Below, one piece after another: positions 1 through 4,767 of a stretch of DNA of 4,767 bases. Source of the DNA: a virus (Duplodnaviria; Heunggongvirae; Uroviricota; Caudoviricetes); IMG/VR virus record IMGVR_UViG_2660238346_000024, one strand, 5' to 3'. Below the pieces are notes generated by a model, which saw only the letters and a program-made list of their open reading frames with translations, was not told where the DNA came from and ran no database searches. A program made the translations under genes and the position numbers. The first letter of the stretch is position 1. Each line of letters opens with the position of its first letter.

Positions 1-87
1 CCCCCGGAGTCCTCTTATCTTGCTGGGCGGTGGAAGACGTTGCCCTTTCAGGTGGCAATAATGAACTGCATGGGTAATGACCGGATC

Positions 88-111
88 GTAAGCGACTCGT
101 CAGAACCGTAT
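88..111. repeat. Left terminal inverted repeat of the IS66-family element (GTAAGCGACTCGTCAGAACCGTAT)
   Basis: Starts with GTAA. Aligns with the reverse complement of 2762..2785 (GTAACCGGCTCATTTAAACCGTCT) at about 17 of 24 positions, sharing GTAA, CG, CTC and AACCGT blocks. Aligned by eye, not computed. Confidence 0.55.
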
Positions 112-117
112 TGATAT

Positions 118-1689
118 TTACTGAGAGCTCAGATCAACTTTCCAGGGCAACAGATCGCGTACCCGGTTTGCCGGCCAGTCCTGGATATGTTCAATGACGT
201 AACGCAGCCACTTTTCTGGCTCCACATTGTTCAGACGGCATGTGCCGATCAGCGAGTACAACACCGCCGCATGTTCACCACCGCTGTCGGAACCCACGAA
301 CATCCAGTTTTTCCGGCCTACGGCCACTCCCCGTAAGGCGTTCTCTGCGATGTTGTTGTCGATTTCCACCCAGCCATTACTGCAGTACACGTTCAGTGCA
401 TCCCACTGTTTCAGCAGGTATGCGAACGCTTTTGCCGTATCTGACTGACGCGACAGTGTTTTCATCTGTTGCTGTATCCAGTCATACAGTGACTGCATCA
501 GTGGCGCGGCTCTGGCTTTTCTTGCCGCCAGACGCTGTTCTGCTGAACAGCCCCGGACCTCTGCCTCGATGGCATACAGTTCACCGATACGCTGCAGGGC
601 TTCCGTGGTGATGTAGGTGGGCGCTCTTGCATGCACATCGTGGATTTTTCTCCGGGCATGAGCCATACACGCGGCTTCCGTTATTCTGCCGGATTCGTAT
701 AACTCCCGGTAACCACCGTAAGCATCGGCCTGAAGCACACCGCTGTAACCGGCCAGGTGATTTTGTGGATGGATACCTTTCCGGTCCGGACTGTACGCGA
801 ACCAGACCGCCGGGGGCATCTGTGAACCGGCGTTACGGTCATCACGGACGTAGACCCACAGCCGGGCTGTCCGGGTTTTACCGCTGCCCGGCTCCTGGAC
901 CGGGACGGGGATATCATCAGCATGGACTTTACCGGGCATCAGCACATACTGGCGCAGGACGTCATACAGCGGCTCCAGCAGTTCAGCAACAGCACCTGTC
1001 CAGCGCCCAAGTGTGGCACGGCTCAGCTCCACTCCCTGACGACGGTATATTTCTGACTGGCGGTATAACGGCAGATGGTCTGCATATTTCCCGGTGACAA
1101 CATGGGCCAGAAGCCCCGCTCCGGTATAACTGCGTGCAATTGGTTTTGAAGGTACTGGTGCCTGCACGATATGGTCGCACCGGCAACAGGCCTGTTTCGG
1201 ACGTTGTGTTTCGATAACCTTAAAGGCGCTGCTGATAAGCTCCAGTTGCTCTGACACATCACATCCCAGAGAACTGAGTTCACCACCACAGGCAGGACAG
1301 CATTCCTCTTCCGGCCGGATAACCCGGGTTTCACGGGGAAGTGAGGCCGGTAACGGTTTACGGGCTGAAGACTGGCGCAGGGCGGATGGCAGTACCGGGT
1401 CATATTGCTCACCCAGCGTTTCCGCCATTTCTTCCTGAAGTGCGCTGATTCGCTCCTGTGCTTCCTGTATCTGCCGTTCGGTTTTTGCACGAAGTTTTTC
1501 TGAGCTTTTACCGAACTGCATACGTTGCAGTTTCGCAACCAGCGCCTTCAGCCGGTTGATTTCGGAAGCATAAGCCGCCACCCGCTGTGAGAGCAGGCGG
1601 TTGTATTAAGCCATCTGGCGGATGGTGTCCTGTTGCGTCTGCAACAGTGCCCGCAGGCGGGCGTTCTCATGAGCAAGTGAGGTGTCCAT
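118..1689 (-). pseudogene. tnpC: IS66-family transposase TnpC, interrupted by an in-frame TAA (plus-strand 1606..1608) 27 codons after the ATG at 1687..1689; the longest intact frame is 118..1581 (487 aa from a GTG)
   Basis: The 487-aa ORF has an N-terminal coiled-coil or leucine-zipper-like region, a Cys cluster (CCPACGG...CCRCDH) and a DDE-type core, typical of IS66 TnpC. Translating upstream in the same frame gives MDTSLAHENARLRALLQTQQDTIRQMA[13 protein letters not shown] and then the ORF. The ATG at 1687..1689 lies 4 nt after the tnpB stop with GAGGA just upstream, so it is the natural coupled start. The full frame is 523 codons, the normal TnpC size. Confidence 0.85.
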
Positions 1690-1693
1690 ATCC

Positions 1694-2056
1694 TCACTTT
1701 ACAACGGGATATATGCGGATTCCAGCGCGTTCCGTTCGTTTCGGGTGCTTCCAGTTGATACCTTCAAGAAGCATGGATAACTGAGCCGGAGTAAGGTGCA
1801 CCTTGCCGTCACGGGTGACTGGCCAGACGAAGCGGCCCAGCTCCAGGCGTTTGGTGAAGAGGCACAGTCCGTCACTGTCAGCCCACAACACTTTTATCTG
1901 GTCACCCCGGCGTCCGCGGAAGATGAACAGGTGTCCGGAGAACGGGTCATCCTTCAGGACGTTCTGAACTTTTGATGCCAGGCCGTTAAAGCCATTTCGC
2001 ATATCGGTGATACCTGCAACCAGCCAGATACGCGAACCTGCAGGTAGAGATATCAT
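1694..2056 (-). CDS. tnpB: IS66-family accessory protein TnpB (IS66 Orf2-like), 120 aa
   Basis: Size and position between tnpA and tnpC. The start ATG overlaps the tnpA stop by 1 nt (ATGA), indicating translational coupling. The sequence MISLPAGSRIWLVAGITDMRNGFNGLA... resembles IS66 Orf2-like proteins. This is the IS66 TnpB, not the IS200/IS605 RNA-guided TnpB. Confidence 0.88.
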   Translation of the reverse strand: MISLPAGSRIWLVAGITDMRNGFNGLASKVQNVLKDDPFSGHLFIFRGRRGDQIKVLWADSDGLCLFTKRLELGRFVWPVTRDGKVHLTPAQLSMLLEGINWKHPKRTERAGIRIYPVVK

Positions 2057-2448
2057 CAGTGGTTGCTCCCTTTTATTTCGCGGATAAGTGTCTGTAATAA
2101 CGCCGGCGTCAGTTTACCTTTAAGCCTGAGAGTTCCGGCCGGCAGAACCAGCTCACAACACAGACTGTCGGACGGTGTATTTATCTGCTCTGGTTCCTGT
2201 GCGGGGGCCGGGATTTTATTATCCGGCTCCGGCGTTAACGTCACGGGAAGCAGTGCCGGCATATTTTTTCCGGAAGGCAGCAGTCCACCTTTCCGGTATT
2301 GATGGCGCCAGTTGAAGAGCAGGTTATCGTTGATTCCGTTTTCCCGGGCGGTCTGCGCCACACAGGCTCCGGGCTGCAGTGACTGCTCCACTAAGGCGAT
2401 TTTAAACTCATAAGGGAAGTTGGGCCGCCGGGGACGTTTTTTTACCAC
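2056..2448 (-). CDS. tnpA: IS66-family accessory protein TnpA (transposase HTH_Tnp_1-like), 130 aa
   Basis: The N-terminal segment RPRRPNFPYEFKIALVEQSLQPGACVAQTARENGINDNLLFNWRHQYRKG fits the transposase-8 helix-turn-helix pattern. It is the first of the three canonical IS66 ORFs and its stop overlaps the tnpB start. Confidence 0.82.
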   Translation of the reverse strand: MVKKRPRRPNFPYEFKIALVEQSLQPGACVAQTARENGINDNLLFNWRHQYRKGGLLPSGKNMPALLPVTLTPEPDNKIPAPAQEPEQINTPSDSLCCELVLPAGTLRLKGKLTPALLQTLIREIKGSNH

Positions 2449-2732
2449 GGGGCTTCGGATATAACGGTGCTTTCAGGACGTACGACTGGTACCGTGGAAA
2501 ATTGTACGTAAAGGCAGGCATCAAGTTCCTGCTCCGACATGCCTGCGGGCAAATGCCACGAAAGACCAGCTCTCCGAAAGCGCACGAACATACTACAAAC
2601 TGTTGATTTTGGTACACCCAGGCGACGCCCGGCCACAACCCGGGGTAAATGTTCTTCAAAGTGAAGACGTAAAGCTTCAGTGATCCAGGTCCGGTGTTTC
2701 ATACGATAGTGTCCATTAAAAATGATGGACAT
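2442..2732 (-). CDS. Small helix-turn-helix protein ORF (96 aa; possible start at the internal Met MKHRTW, giving 86 aa) inside the IS upstream of tnpA; probable IS-encoded accessory or regulatory protein
   Basis: Intact ORF between the right inverted repeat and tnpA, overlapping the tnpA start by 7 nt. Contains an HTH-like segment (RVVAGRRLGVPKSTVCSMFVRFRRAG). No strong Shine-Dalgarno sequence is visible, and the family assignment is uncertain. Confidence 0.5.
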   Translation of the reverse strand: MSIIFNGHYRMKHRTWITEALRLHFEEHLPRVVAGRRLGVPKSTVCSMFVRFRRAGLSWHLPAGMSEQELDACLYVQFSTVPVVRPESTVISEAPW

Positions 2733-2761
2733 TATTTTTGTAGAGCCGGAGGAAACAGACC

Positions 2762-2785
2762 AGACGGTTTAAATGAGCCGGTTAC
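2762..2785. repeat. Right terminal inverted repeat of the IS66-family element
   Basis: The reverse complement reads GTAACCGGCTCATTTAAACCGTCT, beginning GTAA. It sits immediately next to the breakpoint in the phage I gene. Confidence 0.6.
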
Positions 2786-3329
2786 TATCCAGCGAGGAAA
2801 AGTACGTGTTCTGTCTGCCGTTATCCGTTACGCGGTAATCCGGTGTTTTTGCCTTCGGGGCCAGCATCTGTGCCACACCGCCCAGTATCATGCTGGCCCC
2901 CAGTGAAAACAGCATCGTGGTGGCAGAAAAACCACCGGCACTCAGGGCTGAACCCCATAACGCCATCGAGGCACCGGCCGTGAAGAAAGAGCCCACGATG
3001 GCTGCCGCCCCCAGCACAATCTGCAGTCCGCCCTTTCCGGCTCCGGCCAGTCGCGGCACAATTTGGATGACCGTTCCCTCACCCAGCTGTTCGTGAAGAC
3101 GGGCGTACACCGCCTCCGGTGCCGTGTCATCACCGGCAATACGTATCTGGTACCAGCCTTCGTTCATCTGACGGCGGAATCCGGGCACCTGTAACGACAG
3201 GGCGCGAATGGCTTCCGCTGCCGTGTTCACATACAGGCTGAGGCGGCGGCCAAATCGTTGTAAATCCCCGTGAAGGCAGATGCGTGCCAGTGGCGGTGAC
3301 GCCAGACAGAATGCGTTCGTCGTTGCCAT
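2769..3329 (-). CDS. I: Lambda-like tail tip assembly protein I, C-terminally truncated by IS insertion; native I sequence is 2786..3329 (181 codons), followed by 5 IS-derived codons and a stop
   Basis: The N-terminus MATTNAFCLASPPLARICLHGDLQRFGRR and the rest closely resemble lambda gpI (223 aa) up to ...QNTYFSSLD. The ORF then reads SNRLI-stop from IS sequence. Base 2786 supplies the first base of the next codon, and the IS GTAA end starts at 2785. Confidence 0.88.
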   Translation of the reverse strand: MATTNAFCLASPPLARICLHGDLQRFGRRLSLYVNTAAEAIRALSLQVPGFRRQMNEGWYQIRIAGDDTAPEAVYARLHEQLGEGTVIQIVPRLAGAGKGGLQIVLGAAAIVGSFFTAGASMALWGSALSAGGFSATTMLFSLGASMILGGVAQMLAPKAKTPDYRVTDNGRQNTYFSSLDSNRLI

Positions 3330-3970
3330 TTTTCGGAATACCTCTCCCGTTTACTCAGTTGTTCAGGCAGATGGTGAAGCAGCTCACCGTTGCCGCAGTA
3401 AATGGCGGCATGATTAGCCACCGATGCGCCGAAGCAGCACAGCAGGATATCGCCCGGCAGTGCAGAGGACAGGGGCACCCGGTAAAAGCCCGTTGCCTCC
3501 ATATTGTCCAGGTAAAGGTTCTGACCGTTGCACCACCAGTCATCCCCGCGATGAAAATCCGGCATATCAATGCCTGCCAGATGGTATGCATCCCGGAACA
3601 GCGTGTAACAGTCCGTCACCCCGTGCGCAAAGCGCCGTCCTGTCAGATGCGGCACACAGCGGAATTTGTGAATGTCACCCCGGCTGACCAGCCACCAGGG
3701 CAGTGCGCTTTTTATCTGCAGCCGCCGGTCAGCCTCGCTCAGCCAGGGCAGACCACCGGGATGACTGTGGACCAGTGCCACAATCTCCCCCTGCATCTCT
3801 GCCCGCAGCCAGTCTTCCGGTGCGATACGAAAATACGCCTCAGGCTCTGCAGAGATATTCACGCACGGCTGGTACTGGTTGCCCTCCGGCGTGCTTATCA
3901 CGAAGCCGCACGACTCCGCAGGCGCACACCGCCGGGCATGCGCCAGAATCGCTGATTCAGTCTGTGTCAT
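3227..3970 (-). CDS. K: Lambda-like tail tip assembly protein K (JAB/MPN metallopeptidase plus NlpC/P60 peptidase domains), 247 aa
   Basis: JAMM motif HSHPGGLPWLSEAD (H-x-H-x7-S-x2-D) is encoded at 3728..3769. An NlpC/P60-type catalytic Cys lies in GVTDCYTLF (codon 3608..3610), with a downstream His in NHAAIY. The 103-nt out-of-frame overlap with the start of I (3227..3329) matches the known K/I overlap in lambda. The start is 5 nt downstream of the L stop. Confidence 0.9.
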   Translation of the reverse strand: MTQTESAILAHARRCAPAESCGFVISTPEGNQYQPCVNISAEPEAYFRIAPEDWLRAEMQGEIVALVHSHPGGLPWLSEADRRLQIKSALPWWLVSRGDIHKFRCVPHLTGRRFAHGVTDCYTLFRDAYHLAGIDMPDFHRGDDWWCNGQNLYLDNMEATGFYRVPLSSALPGDILLCCFGASVANHAAIYCGNGELLHHLPEQLSKRERYSEKWQRRTHSVWRHRHWHASAFTGIYNDLAAASACM

Positions 3971-3975
3971 GGGAT

Positions 3976-4675
3976 TTACTGCGAAAGTTTATTAATGGAA
4001 AGGAAACCGCCAAAATTGCCGACATTCCTGCGCAGTTCACACCCGCGCATGCACTTGCTGCATCTGTCCTTACGGATATCCGTGGTGGGTTTATCGAACT
4101 CATCCGCCACAGCCCCGCCCGTGTAACCACACTCATCAGAGCGGTAGGTCCACATACAGGTGTTCGCCAGCATGATACGACCGGGAAACAGCGCCCCGTC
4201 CGTCTCGGTCGGTGTGGCCAGCACAAACGAGGCCGTCATGGCTGTCAGCTGCGACATCTGCTCCACCACCCAGCGGTCACTCAGCTCCTGCTCCGGGTCC
4301 GCCTCCGGATTGCCCGCAACGAAATTCACCGCATCCAGAAAACGGGCATACACCCGGCGGCGGACCACCGTGGCCCCCACCAGGCTCTGCAAATCCTCCG
4401 CCATTCCGGTGACAAGACCAAACAGATTGGACACCGTCAGCGACGGGCGGGCACTGCTGCCCTTTCCGTTCATCTCAAAGCCACTCCCCTCAATCGGGTA
4501 CGCCTGATATTGCCGCCCCTGCCAGGTCACCGGCTCCCCCTTTTTCATTCAGCTCATTACAGAAAAAATACCGCTCACCGCCCTGTACCGTCAGGTCGAT
4601 TTCCCAGAGCACCACCCGCGGTGACTGCTCTGACTTAACCGACTCGTTCAGACTTTCTTCGTGAATATCCTGCAT
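3976..4675 (-). pseudogene. L: Lambda-like tail tip protein L, disrupted by a +1 frameshift in an A5G5 homopolymer tract (plus-strand C5T5 at 4536..4545); the two pieces are ORFs 4490..4675 and 3976..4548
   Basis: The 61-aa ORF begins MQDIHEESLNE...ERYFFCNELNEKG like the lambda gpL N-terminus. The 190-aa ORF continues (MKK)GEPVTWQGRQYQAYPIEGSGFEMNGKG... through to ...NVGNFGGFLSINKLSQ. Joining 46 aa and 186 aa gives 232 aa, the lambda gpL length. The coding strand reads GAAAAAGGGGGAGCCG where the fused reading needs one base fewer. Confidence 0.85.
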
Positions 4676-4767
4676 CAGTTCACCACCTGCTCAATCGTAC
4701 AACTGAAATCACTGTACCTGGCGTTATCTGTGACGCTCCACTCCCGGCACACCACCCTCACCGTCCG
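4675..4767 (-). CDS. M: Lambda-like tail tip protein M, C-terminal fragment; the gene continues beyond the window
   Basis: The minus-strand frame translates to ...VRVVCREWSVTDNARYSDFSCTIEQVVN-stop, resembling the lambda gpM C-terminus (ending ...EQVVN). Its TGA stop overlaps the L ATG by 1 nt (TGATG), as in lambda. Only about 30 codons are present. Confidence 0.7.
   Translation of the reverse strand, partial: RTVRVVCREWSVTDNARYSDFSCTIEQVVN

Larger units (their letters stand above)
88..2785 (-). mobile_element. IS66-family insertion sequence (ISEc8-like), about 2.7 kb, with four co-directional ORFs (HTH ORF, tnpA, tnpB, tnpC); ends approximate to within about 15 bp on the left
   Basis: Gene order tnpA (130 aa), tnpB (120 aa), tnpC (523-codon frame) is the IS66-family arrangement. 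Both termini begin with 5'-GTAA reading inward, the family hallmark. The right end at 2785 coincides exactly with the point where similarity of the I protein to lambda gpI stops. The two ends form an imperfect inverted repeat (about 17 of 24 positions by eye). Confidence 0.8.

Noticed and set aside
1-87. Left flank as the continuation of gene I or as a recognisable gene
   Set aside because: No frame on either strand resembles the gpI C-terminus, and 87 nt is too short to assign confidently without a database search. Left unannotated.
227-1538. Several ORFs inside or antisense to tnpC (240..611 +, 627..1097 +, 681..923 -, 983..1186 -, 1023..1538 -)
   Set aside because: All lie within the 523-codon tnpC frame, whose protein shows clear IS66 TnpC features. 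The alternatives are Arg/Pro/Cys-rich with no recognisable motifs.
1587-1784. 65-aa plus-strand ORF spanning the tnpB/tnpC junction
   Set aside because: It is antisense to the coupled tnpB stop and tnpC start region. The sequence there is explained by the IS genes.
2408-2659. 83-aa minus-strand ORF overlapping both the HTH ORF and the tnpA start
   Set aside because: It is in an alternative frame of two better-supported ORFs and has no recognisable features.
3227-3329. 103-nt overlap between the end of K and the start of I, as a possible frameshift or mis-annotation
   Set aside because: A K/I overlap of about 100 nt in different frames is a conserved feature of lambda itself as I recall its map. 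The I N-terminus matches gpI from the Met at 3327..3329, so the overlap is native.
3703-4638. Long plus-strand ORF (311 aa) and neighbours (3284..3955, 4160..4507, 4212..4412) overlapping K and L
   Set aside because: They are antisense to well-supported phage tail genes, and the products are low-complexity Pro/Arg/His/Ala-rich sequences typical of antisense frames in GC-rich coding DNA. No start context or domain signature is visible.
1-4767. Novel defence or other undescribed system, CRISPR array, tRNA or other RNA gene
   Set aside because: No direct-repeat and spacer periodicity, no tRNA-like structure and no unexplained intergenic space. Essentially the whole window is covered by IS66 genes and phage tail genes; the only unusual aspects are inactivating lesions, not new genes.

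Overview
The window holds the tail-tip assembly module of a lambda-like prophage (M partial, L, K, I), all on the minus strand, with gene I cut short by an IS66-family insertion sequence of about 2.7 kb (about 88..2785). The IS carries four co-directional minus-strand ORFs: a small helix-turn-helix ORF, tnpA, tnpB and tnpC. Three inactivating lesions are directly visible: the IS truncates I after codon 181; the tnpC reading frame has an in-frame TAA 27 codons after its expected ATG; and L is split by a +1 frameshift in an A5G5 homopolymer tract. The IS has no matching 8-bp target duplication and its left flank (1..87) is not the rest of I, which suggests an IS-associated deletion or rearrangement. 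This looks like a decaying, probably cryptic prophage tail region. I found no rRNA, tRNA or CRISPR array, and no convincing evidence of a novel system; every long ORF is explained by phage tail or IS66 functions or is antisense to them. All protein-family assignments rest on recalled motifs and similarity, not on a database search.
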